The notes: generated from the letters alone by a model not told the origin. DNA of 64,000 bases from Eledone cirrhosa (GCA_964016885.1 OZ024740.1:275590001-275654000); one strand, 5' to 3'. Positions 51,176 to 63,285 are shown, counted from the stretch's first letter. Program-made: numbers and translations.

Positions 51176-53113
51176 TTACCTTGATCGTGTGGTGAAGGGA
51201 AGTACAACCATCCATTTGGCTGGTCATGGGTGTTTCCAAGAGGATGTCAGTGTATATCCTCTTGGTAACCGACCCTCTGAAGTCTCCAACTGCATTGGGG
51301 AATTTTTGTTTTAAAGGTTTGTAATGTTCTATTGAGATTTCAATGATGCTTATGTTTGTTGGGAGAGTTCTTGGTGTTGGTGGGGTGTAGTAGTTTTTTT
51401 TCTGTGATGTCTGTGTGCTGCTTTATATATTGTATGAGTTCCTTTTTTGCCATGTTTATGGCTGTGTACTTTTTTGTCGGAGGGGTGAGTTTGTTGCTGT
51501 TTTCTTGTTGCTGTTTGGTGTGTGTGTTTTGTTTTGTTTGCGTTGTTGGTGTTTTTGGTGATGCTGGTGGTGGTGTGGTTGTTGTTGGCGGTGGTGCTTG
51601 TGGTGGTGATGGTGATGATGGTGGTGTTGCTGCAAGTTTTCTTGCTGCCTTTACCCCTCTTTGTGTGCTTCACTTTTGGAGGGTGAATCTAAGTTTTTTT
51701 GTTTTTTGTGGCAGACACTCTCACCTCAAACTCCATGTTGGATTCCGTGGCGTCTGGGATGGGTGTGTGCTCTACGGCTGTTGGTGGTGGTAGTGGAGCC
51801 CTCACCGGCAATTTTGTTGCTGGTGCAGCTACTTCAAATGTAGCTATTGGTGTTGCCGCCACTGATGCTGCTGCTTTAGTTGTCTGTGGCCTTGGTATGG
51901 GTGCCTCGGACGTTGCCCTCCTACTCACCGTGGAAGGGGCTTCTGTGTTTGTTGCCTGCCCTTCTCTTGGTAGCAGCAGACCAGGTATTGGAAGGAGAGG
52001 GGCCTTCTTCTTCGCTGTCTTCTGCGGGCAAAAGGCCCTGAGGTGACCCTTCGACCCACAGAGATAACATTTTGGCCGTCTTCCTTCTACTTGCAGCATG
52101 GTCGTCCTGTCCTCGATTCCAGCAAGGACAGACGCAGCCAGCCAATGTATGAGCACGTCGGGTGGGACCTGGGTCACTTTTACCCTCACAATGTTCTGCC
52201 CACAGTAGGAGGGCACCAAGACTATCTCCTCACTCTTTAGGATTTCCAAAGAGTGAGACTTCGCTTCTTGGGGGGTGGCGAAAAGTACGTCTACTGTGGC
52301 GTACTTTCTGCCTCGGGTGATGTGGGTTTTGCGTGTCCAGACGCACCCCAAGGCCTTTTTGATTTGAGCATCCGTGGCTCTCTCCACCCGATGTGAGATT
52401 TTGCTTACGGTGCAGTAAGTCACCGTCCGTAGCTGCTGGTCCTTGAAAAAATCGGGTGGAGGTTTCAGGGAGACTCTATTTGCGCTTCTTGTCACCATGG
52501 CCCTTGCGACTGCCATCTCCTCTTCTGTGACTAACACTGTCTCGATATTTCGGGCGACACCTGCAAAAGAAGTGGTCCCTTTTTCAGCAGCACCACTATT
52601 GCTGCCGCTACTGGTCTTACTGGTGGTGCTGAGATCGATGTTACAGGTATCGATGTCATTGTTGATGTTTTCGTTGGTAATGCTGTTGGTGTTGTTGTTG
52701 TTGTTGTTACTGTTATTGTGGCTGTTGTTATTATTGTTGTTTTTGTTGATACTGTTCCTACTATTATTGTTGTTGTGGCTGTTGTTGTTATCATTGTTAT
52801 TGTCGTTCTCGACCTTACCGCTGTTATTTTTGTTATTGTCGTTCTCGACTTTACCACTGTTATTTTCGTTGTTGCTGTTGTTATTGATGGTGTTGTTGTT
52901 GGTGTTATTGTTGGTGTTATTGTTGGTGTTATTGTTGGTGTTATTGGTGTTAGAAATATTTGGTAATTTTAAATCTGTAACAATCTTCTTTTTCTTCGTA
53001 ATATTTTCGTTTATATTTACCTCCGCTGGAACGCTGTCTTGTTGACATGCTGATAAAGTCTCCCTCTCTCTGTGTTGTCTGACAACGTTCTCTCTCTTTC
53101 TTGTGTTATCCAT
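51176..53113 (-). pseudogene. Tx1 ORF1 (Asn-rich N-terminus, RRM-like region, CCHC knuckle), open to 51689 then disrupted
   Basis: CYLCGSKGHLRAFC knuckle; TVDVLFAT...VRVKVTQVPP; lies directly upstream of ORF2. Confidence 0.85.
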
Positions 53114-53246
53114 GTTGAAATTTTTTTTCAAAAAATAGTTTTACACAAATACGGCACCCCGTAGAGGGGTGCCGTATTATTTACGAGTGAACCCCTGTAT
53201 TAGATGGGTCACTTTTTCTAAACTTTTATCAAATTTAAAACTTGAA

Positions 53247-53968
53247 TTAATAAACGTGAACGGCAAAGCATAAATGAACTAAGTGAGAAATTAGGAATAA
53301 GAGGGATCAGATGCTGTTTACTCGAGAGAGGACTACGTTGGTATGGCCGCGTGATGCGCATGAAAGACGACAGCTGTATAAAAAAGTGCAGGGCGATCAA
53401 AATTGATGGTAGTTACGGAGTAGGTTGACCCAGAAAAACCTGGGACGATCTGATAAATTCCGACCTTACACACTTGCACCTCCCTAAGACAATGTCACAG
53501 GACCGAAATCTTTGGCGCTACGCAGTAATACAGAAGACCCGCCTTGCCTATGTACAAAGCGAAACCTACAGTGAGTAGGCACCTCTTAACCAAATATACA
53601 CCCCAATCCACTACCCCTACCCTATGCTCCCACTCCCACCAACACCACCAACATCTCTGTAAAGTTGGTACCACAACATCCAGTCCAAATAAATGAGATA
53701 ATGAGATCTAGATCGTGTAGGTGTCATGACAAAAATACTCACAGTCCACGCTGTAATGTGGCCATGTAGGGTAACACGGTAAAAAAGTTCCTAGTTCCAC
53801 ACTGTAAATGTGGTTGGTGTTAGGAAGAGCATCCAGCCGTAGAAAACCTGCCAGATAGTCCTATATGAGCGAGACACGGTCACCCGACCAACCTTGCCTC
53901 AAGTGGGACAACTCCGGTCTAACCCATGCTAGCATGGAAGATGGACGTTAAATGAAGATGATGAGATG

Positions 53969-53970
<2 letters not shown>
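53247..53970 (+). mobile_element. RTE LINE 3' part
   Basis: RERQSINEL...LRWYGRVMR; CCATGCTAGCATGG hairpin and GAT tail. Confidence 0.88.
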
Positions 53971-53994
<24 letters not shown>

Positions 53995-54002
<8 letters not shown>

Positions 54003-54420
54003 AGATCAAAAGATGGTTAAAGGAGTTCCATTTTATTATGCGCATTTCAAAAACAAACATCATCATGCAATAATATTTGTGTTTTCATCAGATAAAACAG
54101 GAGGACATGATATGAAGGCTAAAAAACACTTGTGGATAGTGCAGTTTTAAATCAACATATCATCATATATGTTGATTTAACATATCATCATATATGTTGA
54201 TTTAAAACTGCACTATCCACAAGTGTTTTTTAGCCTTCATATCATGTCCTCCTGTTTTATCTGATGAAAACACAAATATTATTGCATGATGATGTTTGTT
54301 TTTGAAATGCGCATAATAAAATACATGGAACTCCTTTAACCATCTTTTGATCTTATATATTATGTATACTCCAGTCCTACAAACTGTAGAGTGCTTCTTA
54401 TCCGATATCTGCATTGCTTT
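53995..54420. mobile_element. Foldback element with a hammerhead on each strand
   Basis: About 165-bp arms (53995-54160 and 54193-54362); 25-bp tandem duplication at the centre; unique 3' tail. Confidence 0.88.
54253..54323 (+). ncRNA. Type I minimal hammerhead ribozyme motif
   Basis: TGTTTTAT-CTGATGA-long stem II-GAAA-TGCGCA-TA-ATAAAATA. Confidence 0.85.
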
Positions 54421-54446
54421 ATTGTACTACAATAAAACTCACCTCC

Positions 54447-54528
<82 letters not shown>

Positions 54529-54840
54529 TAAAGACATGTACACACATGTAAGTAATCATTGGTAGTATCATTAGTAATTGATGTATATGGCAAGTTAAGA
54601 CTAAGAACAGATGTGAACACTTAACAGAATGATAGTCGATGAAATAATATTTCAAGATGAATTCAATATTGTGTGCTTAAGCTAGAGCGTAATAAGTATG
54701 TGGCATTGAATTCCTCAACTTTAAACTTATATATATGTATATATAGAGAGAGATAGATAGATAATATGAATACATGCATACATATATATACATGTATATA
54801 TATATAGAGAGAGAGAGAGAGTGAGAGAGAGATCATATGA

Positions 54841-54884
<44 letters not shown>

Positions 54885-54888
<4 letters not shown>

Positions 54889-55300
54889 ATGCTTTGGGAG
54901 GGTCATGTTGCCAATAAGAAACACACGCACCAGTTGCTTTCACTTCAATTTATTATAAATTAAATTTATAAATTTAGGAATTTATAAATTTCCGGCTGGT
55001 TGGTTGGTTCCACAACCAGACGATTGCTCATATATTGTCAAAGTTCTTTCGTCACACATTATGTGACCTCTTCAGTGACTGGGGATTCTTTTCTTTGTTT
55101 TTGTGCCTCTCCTTTGTTTTGTCCTACGCAATCTTGTTTTTGTTCCTAAATTTATAAATTTAATTTATAATAAATTGAAGTGAAAGCAACTGGTGCGTGT
55201 GTTTCTTATTGGCAACATGACCCTCCCAAAGCATAAGAATATCGGTTTCAACACACGTTTTCAGATAAAGAATCTTGCTAAACAAATTCAGAAACGAAAT
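54885..55300. mobile_element. ORF-less inverted pair of Penelope pLTR fragments
   Basis: 54885-55145 is the reverse complement of ~7730-7975 (hammerhead on minus at 55037-55079); 55150-55300 matches 7880-8030. Confidence 0.88.
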
Positions 55301-56257
55301 ATATATATATATATATATACAGAGAGAGAGAGAGAGAGAGCTTTGAAGTAAAGTGGATTTTAATTCTTTTATTGTCAATGTTTCATACAGATAAATTTGA
55401 ATTGATAAAACTAAAAAGTTAGAGTGATACAATGGATTATGTAACTTACAGAGTCAATGAAAAAAAAGAAGGTTATGAGAAGATTGAGTTTTAAAGTATA
55501 TACAACTGGCCTCTCCAGCTCTCTGAATTTTTCATTTCTTTATTCTTAATAAAATAGTTTAGATTAATAAATAGATATCTAGAAAGATCGTTTGACAAAG
55601 ACAGACAGATACTTATGTAGAGATATATATTGAAGTAGAGAAATAATTACACATGCATAAATTGATAGATAGATTGTTATATAGAGATATACATTGGTAG
55701 GCAGAAAAGAAATAGAAAAGAGAGAAATAAATAAAGAAAAAACATAAGTTTTAAATATGAAGATGATCTTGCAGTTGTGATGATACTTAAATGGCTTGAA
55801 GTGTATACTTCAAAAGAACATTAACCATGTGTAATCAACAAGAATATTTTTTTCAAGATTTTGTAAGACTTTGGTGCCAATTCACCTTGAATCTGAATTT
55901 AACAAATTCATTGTTTCGTTACTATTATTTCTGAGACACTAAGCCATAGAGCTCTTTATTTTTCTTTTTTTTCTTTATGATGGTGAATAGTCGAATGTAA
56001 TCTACCCAAGCATTAGCTGGTATTTATATGAGCTTTTTTGCGGTGTTTTATCTGCGGCAAATATCAACTGTACTACCTTTAAATCACACCATATTATCGA
56101 AAAAATGATCCCTTGAATGTTGTTGTTGCTTATCTCCAGTTCAGCTTAAGTTAAGCAGACCTATAATGAAATTTACATCTGCTCTGATCAACTCCTTCTG
56201 TATATTTAGGATTACATTAACCAATGTGATCTTACTTTACAAAATAGCAGGGTGTAA

Positions 56258-56920
56258 TAATTGTTTCTACTTTTGGCACAAGGCCAGCAATTATCTCAAT
56301 GCATTACTGGTACTTTATTTTATCGACCCCGAAGGGATGAAAGGCAAAGTTAACCTCGGCGGGATTTGAACTCAGATCATAAAGGGCTGTTACTCCATGC
56401 TGCAAAGTATGGCATCCGACCCTCAACCGATACTGCCAATCCAATGCCCCGCAGGGTGTAATAATAGTATCTAAATCTCCCTTAAATCATTATCTCTTTA
56501 AAAGTTGAGGGAAAAAATTGGATAATGCTGTTCTAGATATATATTGACTCCTTACTTTTCCGTGGTTCCCAGACTGGTGGGAGAAATATAGGACGTTATT
56601 TTGAATTGAAAACCAAATTGATCTAACAATTCTACTGATCCATAATTCTCAACTGGTACTATATTTTATTGTTATTTACCAAAAATGGGCAGTGGGTTGG
56701 CAGTATCAGTAGAACCCCAGACAATATGATTTGCAGCTTATAGTTACATCCCTTTACATTCTGCTTTTAAATCCTCCTAAGATTAGCTTTGTCTTTCAAC
56801 CTTTTAAGGTTGATAAAATAAAGCACCAGTAATACACTGTAGTCAATTAAATCGACTCCCCCCCCCCCCCCCCCCCAAAAAAAAAAAAATTACTGCCCTT
56901 GTGCCAAAATCAGAAACCAT
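56258..56920. mobile_element. SINE family A copies (56258-56445 minus; 56690-56920 plus)
   Basis: Core and tail match family A. Confidence 0.8.
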
Positions 56921-57888
56921 TATTTTCCAAAAAGATCAAAGGCAAAATTTACATTCCTGACATTTGAACACTGAATTGAAACAAATACTGCAGAACTAAA
57001 ATTACCAATTTACTGTCTTGCCAATTCTCTGCCAGAAAAATAGGTGGGCTGCTTCCAAATTAGATTTGTGTGATTAGGTATGAGGGATTGGAGTATCAGA
57101 CAAAATACCTTGTGGTATTTATTCTGTCTCTTTATATTTTAGTCAAAATATCACAGTAGTTTACTTGGTTGATAGATTTAATCTTTCACCTAATTTAACA
57201 TCACCTAGCTGGACCTTTAGTGACCTTAGCAGAATCTATTTTGTGTAAGCATTCACATCAGGACTCCATCTTTAGATTATATCCCCTCCTCACCAATCAC
57301 AGAGGCCCTGAAAAAGATCATGGCTATTAAACAATAAAAAACATTTAAATTCTATTGACCCCATTTCAGCCTGTATCTGAAAATATCTGTCAAGAAAATA
57401 TCTTAGGAAAATGATACTGTGCTATTGAGATTAGCCAGACATTTCTTCCAGGGGAATATTTATTTCCCATTGTAATGAAAACAATGAACCAAAGTCAATA
57501 ATTTAATCACTAAAAGCATCTTTCATATTCTGAGATATTTCCATTGCAATATACATATTGCAATTTATGAAACTTTCTCTAATTTTATGCAAAATTTAGT
57601 AAGATTAATTTCAGAATCTCTTATGAAAATTAGAAAGTATGGATAATCAAGTAGAGAGTAAAATGAACAAATATTTTGACTACTAAAAAAACTAGCCAAA
57701 ATGTTATAAGCATCATATACTTAAATATACATACGTGTACATGTACAGTGCTCAGGTGCACTACAACTCATCAAAGAATTGATCTCAGGGAAAATGAAAT
57801 TATCAATTGATCCATATGACAGGTGCAATGTGTCCGAACACAGAAGAGCCAAACTCCCACCGTCATCATCCCATCTCTCTTGACCTCC

Positions 57889-58155
57889 CTATCTCTCTGT
57901 ACAGTGAGCAAATGGGGTCCTACTTGCTGTCTGTCCCACAGTCCCGGTGGACAGAATGGAGAAGGCATTTCTCCAGAGGATGGTTAGGGATATGCACTGG
58001 AAGAGCCATTCCATCTCCTGAAGCTCACACCTGCGGCTGGCCAGCTCAGAACCTATGGTGGTTAGTAGGGAGGTAGCCCTAGGGCCAAGGACACCAGAAG
58101 TCTCCACTGCCAAGGGCATGACTGCAAATCTGTTGGAGAACGACCGGTATGAGTA
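57889..58155 (-). mobile_element. CRE-like non-LTR retrotransposon fragment (end of restriction-like endonuclease)
   Basis: RFAVMPLAVETSGVLGPRA...WLFQCISLTILWRNAFSIL resembles the FxPxAVETxGxWG...LFQRISxAIQRGNA pattern. Confidence 0.7.
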
Positions 58156-59079
58156 GATTACTTATATAATAAAGAATCACCTTCCCTTACTCCTTATTCA
58201 TCAAGTTGCTTGAGACAATGAGGGAACCTCTACATTGTCACTTGATCTGCAAGAAATAGTTGACAAATATCCCTCAAATTCTTTAAAAAAAATTCAATGG
58301 ATAATGTAGTCATTTGTCTTTTGTGTCCCTACTCCAGCCATCTTATAGATGGGATGGCTATAGATAGAATGCTTTTAATCATATGTCTGCTTGAACAGGC
58401 TGAGATTGAGCTAAGCAACAACAACAACCTATGAATCTCCAAGTTGATTGAATCAATGGAAAAGTCTTTACATGGTCACTCAATCTGTTAGAAATGATAG
58501 CCATATCTCCCTCAGGCACTGCTTTTATTTTCTATACTTGCATGAGTTAGATGAGTTATCATGTATTGTGGTTAGACTGGTCATGTGACCACATCTTTCT
58601 TGCACATATTGTTTTTGGCTTGGTTTCTTCAGCTGCTTACACCTAATGACAACCAATTTTTAATGTGTACTGGGAGTATTTTATTGTGACTCCATCATTA
58701 GCAGCTTGGAAGACAGACATGGTATTTTTCTTTGTAGCCCCAGCACTACTGTCTTACAATGTGCTTTTTATTGTGGTACAAGCACTATATAAGCATATGT
58801 ATTTTAACATATATATGTATATACATGTGTGTGTGTGTGTGTGTGCATGTGTGTGTGTGCATGTGTGGACGAGTGTGTGTGTTTATTAAAGAGTGGCTTA
58901 CAGAGTTATATTTCTGTTTCAACTCATATATATATATTATATAAATTAAGTATGTATATCTCTACACAAGTATAGATACATACAAAGGTGTCCAACCGAT
59001 ACTAAGTTTTGCTCTATGAAAGAATTAACAAAAATCAACACATTCAGAGTTTTATAAAATCATACAAAAAGAAAAAAAT

Positions 59080-59334
59080 GTTTACCTACTTACTTTAATG
59101 ACCCTACTGCAGTTTCAATGCGAAAAATACTCCGAGTAGAGCACGTGAGGAATCTCAAATCATCAGGAGACTTTCACAGTCCAGAAAGAAAATTCAAGAC
59201 AAGAATTCCTCATCATTCGCTGACAGTGAAAATTTCAAATGGAAGAACTATTATATGACAAGTGATGCTCTACTCAGAGTATTGCTATTTTCTCAAAGTA
59301 ACTGCAGTAGAGACATTAAATTGAGTAGGTAAAG
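59080..59334. mobile_element. MITE-like element with about 70-bp imperfect inverted repeats
   Basis: TTTACCTACT...CTACTGCAGTT...GAGTAGAGCA mirrored at 59262-59334. Confidence 0.6.
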
Positions 59335-59382
59335 ATTTTTTTTCTTATCTTGATTGCTTTTCTCATATATGATTTTAAATAA

Positions 59383-59432
<50 letters not shown>

Positions 59433-59672
59433 CTAAGCCAGTCAGAATTGACTTTAAAAACAGTCCAAGGGGCTGAAATGGTGTTCTAACTCTGTAAATG
59501 ATTAATTATAAAACAAGTATATTAAATACTAATTTTTCTGAAATATTGAATAATTTATTTAATGTGTAAAAGCCTTGTTCACATGAACAAAGACACAGAA
59601 ATATATATATATATATATTTGTATATGTGTTAGTGAGTTATTTTTGTGTGTATTATGATGTAAAAGAGAAAA

Positions 59673-59860
59673 TAATTGTTTTTACTTTAGGCACAAGGCC
59701 AGCAATTACCTAGTGCATTACTGGTACTTTATTTTATCGACCCCGTAAGGAAGAAAGGCAAAGTCAACCTCGGCGGGATTTGAACTCAGATCGTAAAGGG
59801 ACGTAACTATGCTGGAAAGTATGGCGTCCGACCCTCTACTGATACTGCCAATCCACTGCC
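59673..59860 (-). mobile_element. SINE family A
   Basis: Full-length copy; another partial copy at 62766-62870. Confidence 0.85.
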
Positions 59861-60343
59861 CTTGTAAAAGAGAAAATAATAAGACTAAATGTAAGTACCA
59901 GATAGTTATGTATGTATATTTCAAATGATATGGTTTCTCTGAAGGAGATTCTCTTCAAGACAATATATAACTGAAAATATTATTAAAGAAACCATTGCTG
60001 ATAATCCCAATCTCTATGTACTTATTCATTTATTTATTGTTTTATAATTGTTGCCTGGCAGATAATTATTGGTAACCTAAGTTCATAAGATCACATGTCA
60101 AAAACTGTCTGACCTTATAACCCTTTGTCAATGTTGGTTGTTGCTCCGTAGAATTCACAAATTCATATCACAGATTTTTCTTCTGTGCTCTCATAATAAT
60201 ATTCTTATAGAATCAGTCATTGTTGATTCTTGGAAATGTCAATGCATGAATACATGTTAATACATCAGTATGTCTCCAAGCTATATATGGATATAGGTAT
60301 ATTTCTTCCTTGGTGGATATACATATATATTTGTGTGTGTCTG

Positions 60344-60344
<1 letters not shown>

Positions 60345-60374
<30 letters not shown>

Positions 60375-60582
60375 TTTACGTCTGCTTTTCCCTGCTTGCA
60401 AGGGTGGGACGGGTCTTATTCAGCACAGCATCTCTCCACTCGTCACGGTCCCTCGTCATCTCCACCGTGAGCTTCAATGATCTGAGGTCTGTTCTCACCA
60501 CCTCCGCCCATGTTTTTCGTGGTCTACCTCTACCACGTCTTCCTTCAACTGGCATTTCCTGGCACTTCTTCACCCATCGGTC

Positions 60583-60585
<3 letters not shown>
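60345..60585 (-). mobile_element. RTE LINE 3' end (second family)
   Basis: WVKKC...VEGRRGRGRPRKTW...DRDEWR; (GAT)n tail. Confidence 0.85.
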
Positions 60586-60616
<31 letters not shown>

Positions 60617-60679
60617 TCATCATCATCATCATCATCATATATATATATATATATATATATATGTGTATGTAAAAGGTAA

Positions 60680-61095
60680 ACAACATAACACAATCGGTAC
60701 AGTATATGGAAGGAATATATTAGGTTAACGCTTGATATAGCAGGAAAAGGGTCTTAATGTTTCCATATATATATATACATTTAAAAAAGACTCCAGTCGC
60801 ATTTTCGATTTCTGTTCCTTATATATATATATATATATACTCCATCGATTATCACACATGCATTTGTACATTCACCCCAAGATTCCTATGGCTCTCTTAT
60901 GGTCAGAAACATATACTATTACAGCTATTACAGACTGACAAAATATGCACACTCTACTTTTCTCTTCACAGCTCTGCATATACACACACCCTTATATTAA
61001 CATACTTTTGCTCACAGCTGCATACTTACAAGCACACACACACTCTTTTATTTACATATACACACACATTTCTTCTTAGATTCGTACAGATGTAT

Positions 61096-61126
<31 letters not shown>

Positions 61127-61610
61127 TACGCACACGTATATGTATAGCTCTTTATAAAAGATGTTATTTTTCCATTTCAGGTAGACATGCTCCATCATCC
61201 ACTTTTCTAAAAAAGTATATCATACACAAAACGCCAGCATCAACAGTTTTCCAAGAGATGGCAACATGAATGGGCCTGTTATTTTTCTCTAAAACATTTT
61301 TTCCATTTCTGCTTGCCCATCCCTTCAACCTTTTTAATTTCTCACTCTTTCTTCTGATGAAGGACTAGCATCCAAAACATTAAGACCCTATTCTTGCTAT
61401 TTCAAGCGTTAACCTAATATATTCCTTCCATATACTATACTGATTGTGTTGCTATTTCTATTTATATATATATGTATGTTTTTATATACATATAACAAAA
61501 ATAACAAACAAACGTTACAGTACATGGAAGAAATGTATTAGTTTAATGCTTGAAAATCCAGAAAAGAGGCTTACGTTTCGGACACTATTCCTTCATCAGA
61601 AGATAGAGTT
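60680..61610. mobile_element. Inverted pLTR-like repeats with degenerate hammerheads
   Basis: 60680-60763 is the reverse complement of 61375-61460; CTGATGA motifs at 61354 (+, GAAA mutated) and 61570-61602 (-, CTGATGA-aGGAatagtgTCC-GAAACGTA). Confidence 0.65.
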
Positions 61611-61715
61611 AGAAACAGAAGATAAATAGGAAGTAAAGAGCGTTGAGAAGAAAGAATGGGGTAAATGAGAAAAAATTGTGGAAGAAAGTATCACATGTGC
61701 ATATTCAGTTGGCCT

Positions 61716-61750
<35 letters not shown>

Positions 61751-61755
61751 GTCTA

Positions 61756-61881
<126 letters not shown>

Positions 61882-62084
61882 TCTCAATTCACATGATCAA
61901 AGTAATGATCCATCACTATAAATAATAGTTTTAAAAATCAGATAAATTATCCATGGAAAGAGAATAGGCAGATAAAGGCAGCACCTGCAAGGAATCAAAC
62001 CCTGAATTTCCTGAATGGTGGATTAGTGCATTAACCACTACACTAAAGAGGGGCTTGCCACAAAATCTGTCGTTTTAGAAGAGT

Positions 62085-62314
62085 TTAACTCTTTAGCATT
62101 TAAACCGGCCATATCCGACCAGAATTCTCTCACCCCCTCTCTGTTGAAAGTGGCTGTAACCAGCCACTCATACCATTAATAAGGTATTTTTCTCAAAATA
62201 AATAGTGTCAAAATCTCATAGATTTGATATTATGTGAAATAACTATGTGAGATAAAGCCTTTATTGTGAAAATACAACAGTATATATTGAGTAATGTAAA
62301 TGCTAAAGTGTTAA
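62085..62314. mobile_element. TTAA-flanked MITE
   Basis: Same family as 5003-5234. Confidence 0.75.
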
Positions 62315-63285
62315 GCTTATAGCTAGAAGTGTAAACAACTACTTGACATAGGAATTTGAAATGTAGCACTCACAGAGACTTCTATGCAATATTTCCCTCT
62401 CAGAAGTTAATTTGAGCAAATTTTCTCAAATATTAAATATAGTGGTTTCCTATATATATGGTCATTTACGTTGGGACGAATAAATTTCAAATTTCAAATT
62501 TTCCATCCTGATTTTTAAGTTTACATTTTTAACTACAGACTTTATTTTGTTTCTACTTCTAACATAAAATATTCTAAATAGATTGAAGGGGTGGCCAGCA
62601 ACTCTTTGGTGAATGCAATAAGGTACTTTACCGTCATCAGATAGATCAGGGGTTCAATTCTTCACAGGTGATTCTCTCCACATTTTTCCATGTCAAAAAG
62701 TACTTTATCTGATATTCTTAACTGTTATATGTAGTTATTGGATATTATAATTGTCATATATATATAATTGTTTCTACTTTTGGCACAAGGCCAGCAAATA
62801 CGCAGTGCATTACTAGTACTTTATTTTATCGACCCCGTAAGGATGAAAGGCAAAGTTAACCTTGGCGGTTATAAAATATATATAAATCGTAAAGTACAAA
62901 TTTTTCTCTATCCATTCCACGCTCAATTTCGTACATAGTCCAAACATCCAATCTCGCAAAATCCGAAATCTGTATTTTTTGTTATCTATTTAAGGTTTAA
63001 ATACGGTGTTTTTGTCGTATTGAACAGAACAAATCTTGCAGTTTTGCTTTTTGTTAAATCGCTTGTTAAACATTCATAACCCTCCCTCCCGCCCCCACAC
63101 ACCACCATACTTAATACGTGGACCAATCATAAGCCAGAGCCCCCCCCCCCACGCATCACCATCATTATTATAAGCCAGAGCCCCCCACCCCCACGCATCA
63201 CCATTATTATTATTACGCGGACCAAATCATAAGCCAGAGGCCTATACTATCGCTTGCCCGGTTGCCTTCGATATATGATGGATGG

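Larger units (their letters stand above)
47431..53246 (-). mobile_element. Near full-length Tx1 LINE (5'UTR, ORF1, ORF2, 3'UTR), frameshifted
   Basis: Collinear ORF pieces match the intact ORF2; ORF1 upstream; 3' end GCCCTTGTGGCCAATAAAGAAATC(ATT)n. Confidence 0.93.
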
